Below, piece after piece: positions 38,029 through 49,757 of a DNA stretch of 64,000 bases. The position numbers were made by a program, and so were the translations under genes. Within the stretch, counting starts at the first letter, position 1. Each line of letters begins with the position of its first letter. The stretch comes from Octopus sinensis (Eukaryota): NCBI RefSeq assembly GCF_006345805.1, contig NC_043009.1:31434001-31498000 (forward strand), written 5' to 3'. The notes under the pieces were generated by a model, which made no database searches, was not told the origin of the DNA, and was given only the letters and a program-made list of their open reading frames with translations.

Positions 38029-40562
38029 GTGAGTGCTTATATGCACCACAAGTCCATAAAAGAGGGTCTCTCATTGTAACTATCACAGTATTTTCTGTTC
38101 TAACACAATATCCTCTTTTGATATTTAATACTATTTCTGTTGCTTTTAATTATTTATTATTTTTAAATGAAATATTTTGGTGGCACCAAATTAACCCATT
38201 GATTCCGTTTTTCTGAAACTTATTTTCTTTGCAATCTTTCATTGCTTCTCTTGTCTTGATTTGGATAGTTCTTTGGGTACAGTTGAAGAATTACAAGACA
38301 AGATGGTGTTGATTTGTTGGAGATTCAATGTTAAATGAGATAAACACTTGTAAGATTTGAGAGAGTGTTGATGGGTGGAGGGTGAAGCCGGCAATACATA
38401 AAGAAACGAATTGTATCAAAGAACAGATGGTGGTGATGGTGGTGGCGATGATGATAATGATGATGATGATGATGATGATAGGAAGAAGAGGGGAGAAGAA
38501 GAAGACGAAGAAGAAAAAGAAGAAGAAGAAGAAGAAGAAGAAGAAGAATCGTGGTGGTGGTGGAGATGATGGCACTGCTACTACCAATGATGATGATGAG
38601 GAGGATGATGATGATGATAATAATAACAACCACAACAATGATGTTGAGGCAATTTTATGAAATTTATTTCCATATTTTTTTCCTGCATCAATAAATTTTC
38701 TTCACTTTTCTCAATTTGTTACTTTTTTCAATTAATTCTTCTCAATCTGCAAAGAATATTCCTATGATATACAATATGATAACATCATGTGTGTGTGTAT
38801 AAGTATGTATGTGTGCATGTGTGTGTATGTATACATATGTGTGTATGTATATATATATATACGTGTGTGTGTATGACTGTATATATAAATATATAATATA
38901 TGTATGTGTGTGTGTGTATATATATGTGCGTGTATGTATGATCATATATGTATGTATATAATGTATATGCATGTGTGTGTGTATGTGTGTATGTATACAT
39001 ATATATATACGTGTGTATGTATGATCATATATGTATGTATATAATATATATATGTGTGTGTGTGTATGAACATATATCTATATATATATATATGTGTGTG
39101 TGTGCATGTATGATCATATATGTGTGTATATAATGTATATGTATATGTGTGTGTATGATCATATATACATATGTATATAATGTATATGCATGTGTGTGCA
39201 TATGTGTGTATGTATACATATGTGTGTGTGTATGTATGTATGTATGTACAAAGTGTGGGGGTTTAGTTCACAGGTTATCTAAATGGTTAGGTACGCCAGG
39301 TAAGTGCTGTAACGGATTATTGGGGCTCCAAGGTTATAGCCAAGATGGTAGTAATGGAAACATTGCAGATTTCATTCATGTGTATAAGTATGTATGTGTG
39401 TGCGTATTTGTGTAGTGTGTATGTGTATATATGTGTATGTATGCATATATATATATATATGTATGTATATATATATATATTGTATTTCAGGATTGCCATT
39501 TTATATATTATTTTATTTTTGTTTTGCCAAATAAACACACACACTATATATATTTTTTTCACTCATTACTGTTCTTCTTTGTGTTTTTTATTATTATTTT
39601 AGTGCCTGTCCATTATCCAGAAATCTTTCATCACACATCTGTGACCTCTTCAGCAACACTTTTTGCTTTTGTGTGTGTTCTTGCTCCACTTACTCTAATC
39701 TGTTCTTCTCAGATATGTATCCTTATGTGCGCATGCGTTTGTCTCCTTGTTTGTGTGTGTGTGTGTGTGTGTGTATGCATGTGTGTGTGTCATAGTTTTT
39801 AGTAGAAGTGTGGCCTTCCCCTCAGCTCCATCCCCCCCCATTGTGCTGCTGCTGTCCTAAAACCTGACAAAAAAAATGGCACACTTCTTGTATTCCTCTT
39901 TGTATGTGTGTCTGCCCACGGTGTTGCCATTTTGGTATTTGTTGTTGTTATTGTTATTGCCATCGTTGGCACTGCTGCTGCTGCTGACCGTGTTACTCAT
40001 GTTGTTGACATCATATGGCTGTCCATGAAGTTTCATGCATGTCTATCTGTGTGTGTGTATGTATATATATGTGTGTGTGTGTTTGTGGGTGTGTATGAAC
40101 ATATATGCATATATGTATATGTATATGTATGTGTGTGTATGTGTATGTGCGAGTATAAGACATATACAACACACACACTCATGTGGGGTGGAAGGGGCTA
40201 AGGTAAGTTTATTATTTTTTTTTGCTTTTCATCCTGTAAGTTTTTTAAAGAAATTATAAGTTTGCATAAATTAACAGACAGACAAACGGATTATGGCTGG
40301 ATAGATAAATAAAGTACTTATGTAAAATGCACACCTGACCACAGACATTATGCAATATTTCCATCCACTAGATACCCTTAAACAAGTATTGCTCTTATCA
40401 GCCATAGAATTCCTATAAAACACAATTGTAATTATGTAACAGCAATCTATGGTTTAATATAAACATGCATATATATATATTGTATGTACTGTGCATGCAC
40501 CTTTGATGAGTTGTAGTGCACCTGAGCACTATATACAATAATTTCGTTACTATATATATATA

Positions 40563-41863
40563 CGAGGGGCGTTCAATAAGTAATGCCCCTGACTCACTTC
40601 CCATAGCAGTAGAGCAACGAAACTTGGCACAGTTATTAGTCTTTTTCTACATAGGAACCACTAAGAGGTACGCATTTCTCCCATCATTTGATGCAGCTCT
40701 GGAGACCATTTTTGTAGAAGACCCCAGCTTGGTCCTCCAACCACGACGTGACTTCAGAAATGAAGGCTGCATCATCTGGGAAATACTTTCCTTTCAAAAA
40801 CAACTTCATGGCTGGAAAGAGGAGAAAATCAGAGGGTGCAAGGTCAGGAGAGTAGGGGTGATGGGGGAGGGGTTCATAACAGCACGCCTGTGCTTCTGAT
40901 CTGGCGACACGCGAGTTGTGGACCGGAGCGTTGTCGATGCCTTTGCTGATTTTGCCCCGCCTCTTGATTTTGATAGCTTCTCTTAACTTCCTCAAAAGTG
41001 AAGCATAATAGGCTCCTGTAATTGTGGTACCCTTTGCCAGGAAATCTGTCATCACTACTCCGTCCTGGTCCCAGAAGACTGTGAGCATGACCTTGCCAGC
41101 GGAGGGCTGCACCTTTGCCTTCTTTAGAGGAGGTGAGTCATGGTGCTTCCACTGCATTGACTGGGCTTTGGTCTCTGGATCATAGTGATGGACCCAGGTT
41201 TCATCCTGTGTAATCAGTCTTTTGAAAAATTTTGACTCATCTTCTTGGCACATCTCCAAATTCACCCTCGAGCACTCAACGCATTCTTGCCTCTGGAAAG
41301 GTGTGAGCAACCTGGAATCCATCTGGCAGACACCTTTTGCATATGCAAATGGTCATGAATGATAGTTTCCACAGACCCGGTACTAATCTTGATCTCATGG
41401 GCTATTTGGCAAATAGTTATGCGTCGATCTTCCAAAATGGCAGCCTCAACTTGACGGACAGATGCCTCATCAATAGCAGAAGGGGGCGACCAGATCTGGG
41501 AGCTGTTCCACAGAGTTCCGACCATGTTTGAATTCACGATGCCAGCGTTTTACAAGGTCATATGATGGGGCATCATCACCATAAGTTACTTTCATTTCAT
41601 CAAAAGTCTCCCGTGGTGTGCGTCCTTTCAAATGCAAAAACCGGATCACTGCTCGACACTCATTTCACACTTGACTCAGTTCACACTTGACTCCATTTCA
41701 CACTTGACTCAGTTCAAACACCTATAAATCAGAAACTACAATTAGTTCAGAGCTGTACTTTGCCACTTAACCTATAGAGATATAAATAATTGCACATGCA
41801 AAATTTCAGCAAGATCAAACAACTACAAATGGGTCAGGGGCATTACTTATTGAACGTCCCTCG
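40563..41863 (-). mobile_element. Full-length mariner transposon (1301 bp), irritans/Himar-like
   Basis: 31-bp TIRs CGAGGG(G/A)CGTTCAATAAGTAATGCCCCTGAC at 40563-40593 and 41833-41863 with one mismatch; TA target duplication at 40561-40562 and 41864-41865. Confidence 0.95.
40636..41665 (-). pseudogene. Mariner transposase, frameshifted
   Basis: ECRAVIRFLHLKG..SARWIP..ITQDETWVHHYDPETK..KVMLTVFWD..DNAPVH..HHPYSPDLAPSDF; frameshifts, a small deletion before DNA, and a premature stop. Confidence 0.92.
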
Positions 41864-42280
41864 TAAATCAAAATCATAATCGATCAACATCAATGGAATT
41901 TGTAGCTGTGTTACCAGTGCTGGTGGCATGTAAGAGAACCATCCGAACGTGGCTGTAGCCAACACCACCCTGACTGGCCTCCGTGCCTGTGGCACGTAAA
42001 AAGCACCATCCGATCGGGGCTGTTGCCAGCCTCGTCTGGTCTCCGTGCCGGTAGCATGTAAAAAGCACCATCCGATCGTGGCCGTTTGCCAGCCTCATCT
42101 GGCACGTAAAAAGCACCCACTACACTCATGGAGTGGTTGGCCTTAGGAAGGGCATCTAGCTGTAGAAACACTGCCAGATCAGACTGGAGCTTGGTGCAGC
42201 CTTCTGACTTCCCAGACCCCAGTTGAACCGTCCAACCCATGCTAGCATGGAAAGCGGACATTAAACGATGATGATGATGA

Positions 42281-42331
<51 letters not shown>

Positions 42332-43103
42332 ATATATATACATTCACACAATGCCATGTCCACCAGACTGGCTCCTATGCCAGTGGTATGTAAAAAGCAC
42401 CATCTGAATGTGGCCATTGCCAGTACCCTCTGACTAGCTGTCATGGCGGTGGCATATAAAAAGCACCATCCAAACTTGGCCGATACCAGTACCCACTGAC
42501 TGGTCCCCATGCCGGTGGCATGTAAAACTACTATCTGAATGTGATTGATGTCTGTTTGTCTGTCTATCAATCTCTTTATCTATCTATCTATCCATCCAAC
42601 ATTAATTTCTCAGTTTGTCTATCTCAGTATTACATGTAGACATCAAGCAATTTTATGATTTCTTAAAAATCATTTTACAACTTTTAGCTCGGCAGATGGA
42701 AAGAAGACAGACAGACAGACAGACAGGCAGATAGATAAATGAACAGAAAGATTGATAGATTTATCGATACGGAGACAGATTGATAGATGGTTATATTGAT
42801 TGATAGATAGACATATAAATGGATGGTTAGAAAGATAGACAGATAAATGGACAGTTCAAAAGATAGATAAACAGATCGAAAGACAAATGAAATTAGCAGT
42901 AAAGGATGTTTCATTGACAGTACATTTACCAAAGTTCAAAGAATATATTAACAGCACCAAATTGTTCTAGACATTTAAATAAATTTCTCTATGCAAGAAG
43001 GAAGTTATCTGATAATGTGAATGTGCTTGGTTCTTTTGCCTTTAGCATGAAGCATAATTTGATGTGTGCATATATATACATATAATGAGCGTGTGTGTGT
43101 GTG

Positions 43104-43136
<33 letters not shown>

Positions 43137-43264
43137 TGTGTGTGTGTGTGCGTGTGTGTGTAGATACATATGCAAGCATACATACATTTATAAATGTGTG
43201 AGTGCATCTGTGAGTGTGCACTTGTGTTAGTGTATACATATAGATACATATATATGTTTGTGTA

Positions 43265-43320
<56 letters not shown>

Positions 43321-45222
43321 TATAAAAATAAGAGAGAGAGATGTACAAAGATACATACATATATACATGCATAGTACATGCATATATGTATGTATATGTA
43401 TATATAAATATATATATATGTATGTATGTGTATGTGTATATATGTATGTATACACACAAGGAGAAAGAGAGAGAGAGGCATAAACATAGATATATATAAA
43501 TATATATATGCATGTATATGTGTGTGTGTGTATATATATATACATACACATATATATATGTATGTATGTCTTTCTTGTTTTCTCTTCCACTCTCTCTCTA
43601 TGTATATATACTCTCTCTCTCTATGTATATATACACATACATATATCTGTGCACACATATACGCTGATAAATGTGTGTGTGTGAGTGTTTCCACATTTGT
43701 GCTCTTATAATATATTCATATCGAGCTAAAGATAAATGGTTTGATAGATAGGTACGAGCTATAGAATATCTTATTAAATCGCAATAAAGGTTCCAATTGA
43801 TTGAGCCACATCTATAGGAATTCTCAATGTGTAACTACTATGAGAATATAATTACAGTTCTTTCACAGAAAGACCGATTCCAATTCATATTCAAGCATTT
43901 ATTTACATTTGTGTTTACTTCAGGAGCAAAGCAGTACTTCTCTAAACGATGTCAGTCTTTCTAGATGAAATATAAATATGACCCGTAGTTCACAATATAA
44001 TAATGATAATATGGTTTCGTTTTATGGAGAACATCCAGAATTGTATAAAGTTTGTTTCTACTGGCATTTGGTAAATCATCAAATAACATTCAGTGATTCA
44101 TCCAAAATTATGTCAGTCTTGAATGATAAACAGGAAGAGTAAGGATAAAGGGAGAGAATCAGCTTTAGCGGGATTTGAACTCTAAACCATGAGAGAAGAA
44201 GCTAAACAATTTACCTGGAATTGGTATTGTTCCTTATTTTGCTATTTCTATTTATGTAGTGTTTATCTTTTGCATTGGAGTGATACAACATTGAAGTTGT
44301 AGCTAATATACTGTTTTTTCTTATACTGGACACTGGTCACCATTAGCCTGTCTCAAATAGTTTGGCTTTTTACAATAGGGAGGCCAGTAATAAACTTGTC
44401 TTAGCTGTACCTTTGTCCTAATATCCCATGATGAGTGTAAATAAGCATCACAGTCATACAAGTGGTGTTGTTTGTTTCCGATCTTCTGTGGGAAACATGT
44501 CCAGCCATGGGGAAATGCTTGAAGACATGAAAGGGTTGGTGTCAAGAGGAACATCTGGTCAAAGAAAATTTGCTTTAAAAGATTCTGTCTGACCCACGCA
44601 AGCACAGAGAAGTGGATGTTAAATGGTGATGACGACAATGATGATGATTCATTCATTCATTGACTGATTGGGTGACTGATTGTTTGATTAATGATGAAGC
44701 AAGGAGCCAACATAGAGCCTGTAAGACATCTTGTCCAATGCTCAACAATTCTACCAATCTATTATCCTACACTGATACTTTATTAACCCCAAAAAGATAA
44801 AAACAAAGACAATTTTAAGGGATTTGAACTCAGAATGCAGTGAGTTGAAACATTCAGGCCTAGGAACTATTTCATACCCAAACATCTACTAACATTCTAC
44901 AACAGGGGTTCTTGACCATTTTTTTTACCTGAGGACCCCTTTGATTACTATTTTCTTCTGGTGGGCCCCCAAAGACATTTGATGCTTAAAAACTAATTTT
45001 TGAGATGTTTCTTTCAAAGTTTCTATCTTATTGTTCACTCATTCTTTTGTGAAATGTTGGAGAAAGAAACCTGTCTCTTACAATGCATGCATTTAAGTCA
45101 AAACTTCCATGGATCTTTAAAGTGTGCCTGTGGGATCCCCAATTATATCAGGTCATCCCATAAGTTCTGTCTGAATTCTGAATAAAGAAAACAAGTGATC
45201 AAATGTTATATTTAATTGAAAT

Positions 45223-45780
45223 TTAATCATCAATGTACTTTCCCTGATTATCTATGACTTCCTTCCATCTATTTACAAGCTTTTTAATCCCATCAATGTA
45301 AAACTGTTTTGGTTTCAAAGTGAAGAACTCTGAAATGTCAGTTTCGACCTCCTCCTGGCTTGTGAAAGCTATGTCCCCTAAATGATTCTGTAAACTACGA
45401 AACAAATGGTAGTCTGAAGGAGCAAGGTCGGGAGAATAAGGTGGATGAGGAATTTTTTTCCCAACCAAACTCTTCGATCTTCTGTGATGTAATCTTTGCA
45501 ATGTGGGGTTGCATATTGTCCTGATGTAACATCTCTCCTTTTCTATTCACTAAACAGTTTTTTTTTCACCTTCAAAGCTTGGTTCAAACACTCTAATTGC
45601 TGACAGTAGACTTGAGCATTGATTGTTGCAATAGGTGGTAACAATTCAAAGTGAATTACTCCTTTGCATTCCCACCAGATAGAGAGAAGAACCTTTTTCC
45701 CATGAAGTTCCCTTCTCAGTTGTGGTTGTCTATAAGCCTTCTTCCCCAGAATATCTTCCCTCTGGTATTATCTCTCAGCT
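45223..45780 (-). pseudogene. Mariner transposase relic (C-terminal half)
   Basis: HGKKVLLSIWWECKGVIHFELL..PHPPYSPDLAPSDYHLFRSLQNHL..GIKKLVNRWKEVIDNQGKY. Confidence 0.9.
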
Positions 45781-46859
45781 CATGTCTTTCCTGAAGATGT
45801 TAACCTAGAACAGTAAACAGAATGTTAATGGCAATGAAGCTGGTTCTTAGAGAACCAGCAAAAGCCATGGGTCCTGCCATTTCCTCCAGATTGAACAACT
45901 AAAAGACATATTCTGTCAAACACATTAACATATCAGCTAATTAACTGATACAAAATATTACTGATATATATTTAATAAGTTTATGTGTGTGTGTGCTTGT
46001 TAGTGTTTATGTCACCCCCATCCCACCTTTTGTTGGTTTATTGACATCCTTGAATGTAGTGGGTTTGGCATAAGGATTCTGATGGAATAGTATCGAACTT
46101 AAAAAATAAAACTGGGGTTGATTTGTTTTACTAAACCCTTTGAGGCAGTGCTCCAGCATGGCTGCAGCCCAGTGAATAAAACAAGTAAAACGAAAAATAT
46201 AAAAATAAAAGGAATAATACCAAAAAAGATGATAGAAAACAAAACAGTTACAGAAATCTGATATTTGTGTTATTAAAAACAAGATTATTAAAGTAATTTG
46301 TTTCTCGTTAAAGAATGAAATCCATTCACCTTTTAGTCTGGCCAGTTCTTACTGAAGACACACAGGAAAGTTCCATTTAAATGATTTGGTATGAAGTGCC
46401 ATTTATTCATTGATGTCTGCTACTGGCTGACAGACTTACAAAAATGAATGACAATGTATTCAGACATGTTCTCAAAATACTTACCATTAATTATAACTGA
46501 CAATTTAAAAAACAACAACAATAACAACAAGAAGTGAAAATAAGTAGAATAATAGATCAAGTACTCGAATAATAAAAGACTTAAGAGAGAAATGGACGGG
46601 TTGACAGGAATACAGTGAATGTCAATGGAGAATTATTATTCTATATCTCCAGACGAATGTTTGAAATTCTATGTTAGAATTAAAATTATGTCTGCAATTT
46701 ATTTCTTGTGAGTTATTTCAATGATAAAGATGGTTGAGATAGTGCCATGACTTACTTTCAATATATTTAATGCGTTCCAGAAGAGGGAAACACTTTAAGA
46801 CGGAATTTGGATTTACTCTGTTTCCTCGGACTGAAATTACTGTCAATGAATTGCCAAAT

Positions 46860-47350
46860 ATTAGTGTTGACAGATATTAATGTTGACAGATTAACATATA
46901 TTACAGTTAGGAGATAACATATTTTACTGTCATACTAATCTATGCATACTGACAAGAGATTAACATAAATTACTACAGTTGGACTTTTAAAGTTTATAAC
47001 ATACAGGAGATTAACATAAATTATTATCAAAGATTAACATGTGTTACTGAACAGAGATTGACATATATTATTGCCAAAGGTTAACATATATTACTAACGA
47101 AAGATTAAAATTATTATTACTGGGAGATTAGAATCTTATTGCCATCATATTAACATATATTACTGACAGATTAACATTATAGTGCTACTGTATTTTCATA
47201 TATTACTGATAGAAGATTAAAATATAATTATTGTCAGAAATTAATGTGCATTACTAATGGGAGATTAACATTATATTACAGTCATGTAGCATATATTACT
47301 GGTAGAAGATTTGCATACTTTATTATCAGATTAACATGTATTATTGTCAG
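46860..47350. repeat. Degenerate ~25-bp minisatellite (GAGATTAACATATATTACTGACA-like)
   Basis: Many imperfect AGATTAACAT..ATTA(C/T)T units. Confidence 0.75.
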
Positions 47351-48622
47351 AAACACACTTTATAAACACTGTAAAATGGTTGGCATTAGGAAGGGCATCA
47401 AGCTGTAAAAGGCATGTCAAAATCGACAAAGGAACCAAGGGAGGCTCTTGGCCTTGGCCTTGCTAACTCCTCTCAAACTGTCCAAACTATGCCAGTATGT
47501 AAAATGGACATTAAGTGATGATGATAATGATGATTGGCAAGGTTAATTTTTTCCATGCAGCACCACATGTCATAATCCATGTAACACCACCATGTAGCAT
47601 CAATGCATGTTATGTGAATAAACAATGGAACTTCTATGTGATCATAAGTTCAACAAAAAAAAAAAAAGAAGAAAAGAAAACTATGGCAGTTAATCTCTTT
47701 CAAATCACACAACCTGGTGCTTTATGGTAAAAAAAAGAAAAACATGAAGGATACGTTAAATAATGTATTCCAAGATAAACTTTGGTTAAAAAAAAAACAA
47801 CGATGATTGAAGGTCAAAGTTGAAACATCGTTGACTCTCTGTCTGGTTGATTAGAGATAACTTGAGGCTAAAAGTAAAAAAAAACAAAAAATAAACAAAA
47901 AACAAACAAACAATGAAATGAACAGCAAATACTAATGACAACAATAACGATGAGAGGAAGAACAACAGCAACAATGAGAATGACAAGAACAACAAAGAGA
48001 AGAAGAACAGCAGCAATTCTGTACAGTGTATGAGTTAATGTGTTGTATTTGTAAAGCTAATTATTTTTAAGTCAGTAAATCTATCTACAAACAACCTATG
48101 ACCAAGAATGATAAGTAAATACTTAATTAGTTGATTAGTTCAATTTGTATTGACAAATCTCTTTGTTGCATCACAGAAGCTTAACTAACGCTTCTCTTTT
48201 GTTTTTTACTTCATAAACTGGCATCAGCTGTGAGCATGTTTTGTTCTTTTATTAAGTGTTGAGTGTGTAAAGACAGTGGCTGTGTGGTAAGTAGCTTCGT
48301 TACCAACCACATAATTCCGTGTTCAGTCTCACTGTGTGGCACCTCGGGCAAGTGTCTTCTCCTATAGCCTCAGTTTGACCAAAGCCTTGTGAGTGGATTT
48401 GGTAAACGGAAATTGAAAGAAGCCCATCATGTATATGTATATATACATATATATATAATATTAATTAGAGACAAAACCACTATTTTGCAAATCAAACAAG
48501 GAAAGACTTAATCAATACATAAAAAAATTTTAATATAAAGTAAATAAATTTTACTATAAAATTGGATTCAATCCTAAATCTGATTTTTCCCTGTAAATTT
48601 GGATTTATTCCCTAATATTTAT

Positions 48623-48664
<42 letters not shown>

Positions 48665-48667
<3 letters not shown>

Positions 48668-48829
48668 ATCCAAATAAGAAAACATAAAAAAACACAGCAA
48701 CGCGAGGACATGGAACAAATAAAGTATTATTGGACGCTCAGGAAAGAAGGGAAGAAGGAGGGTTTAACGTTTCGAGCAGAGTTCTTCGTCGGAAACAAAG
48801 GAGAAGGAAAGATCCCGAGAAGGGAAGAC

Positions 48830-48835
<6 letters not shown>
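48665..48835 (-). mobile_element. Short TA-flanked Penelope-like element with a minimal HHR-like motif at 48762-48796
   Basis: Minus strand GTTT-CCGACGA-A-GAACTCTGCTC-GAAA-CG-TT-AAAC; (TA)n on both sides. Confidence 0.55.
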
Positions 48836-48875
<40 letters not shown>

Positions 48876-49698
48876 ATATGAAAGAAGATTTGAAAATGCA
48901 ATTTTAAAGATGTTTTATTCACTTAACCGGTTTCACTTTTTTAGAAAAAAGATTGTCAAAAGTAAAATGTAAAGCTTTGTATAAGTTTTGTTGTGTTAAG
49001 TATTGGTTGTCACAAAATATTACAATACATGTATACATTCTTTGATAATAATAAGAAAATGTTAAAAACAGTTTACAAGGAAAAATCTTGAGAAAATATT
49101 AAACAAAAAGTTCAATAAAAATATTAGGATTTCATTAAAAATCATTAAAAATTATTTGAAAGTATCTATATACATACACAGAAAAGTATTAGGAGTTCAA
49201 AAAAAGTCATATTTGGTAGTATATAAATATATATACACAGAAGGAGATATATTTAGAGTTTACAAAGAATTTGAGATGAACTAACCTGTTTTAGTGTTAA
49301 GGGAGATCATTAGCTAATTACATGAACCCCAGTACTTCACTGGTATTTTATCCCTTTAAGAGTCAAAGGCAAAGTTAGCCTTGACAATATTTGAGCTCAG
49401 AACATAAAGGGTTAAAAGAAATGTATGCAGCATTTTGTCTAATGCACCTATGATTCTGCCAGTTCAATGGTCTCTTATTTATGTACAAGGCCAGATTTCT
49501 AAGGAGTTGGGGTGGTGGAGACATAATCGATACCATCAACTCTAAAAGGATAAAAGCTTCAGTTGATCCCAGTAGGATTTGAACTCAGAATGTAGAGAGG
49601 TAAAACAAATAAGGCAAAGCATTCTTTCTGGTGTTTTAACAAGTCTTCTAGTGGTGGTCGTGGAGGTAGTAGTAGCAGCAGCTGCAGCAGCAGTAGTG

Positions 49699-49757
<59 letters not shown>

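Noticed and set aside
39290-39310. U1 snRNA 5' end look-alike (ACTTACCTGG, minus strand)
   Set aside because: It is only the complement of a consensus donor CAG|GTAAGT, and no U1 body follows.
39856-40036. Minus-strand N/S-rich 59-aa ORF (MKLHGQPYDVNNMSN..YKEEYKKCAIFFV)
   Set aside because: It is largely trinucleotide-derived, has weak splice signals and shows no confident homology.
41915-42540. CRISPR-like repeat-spacer array (GGCA(C/T)GTAAAAAGCACC units)
   Set aside because: The spacers are related to one another, the units are internal tandem subrepeats of a SINE, and there is no cas gene in this eukaryotic context.
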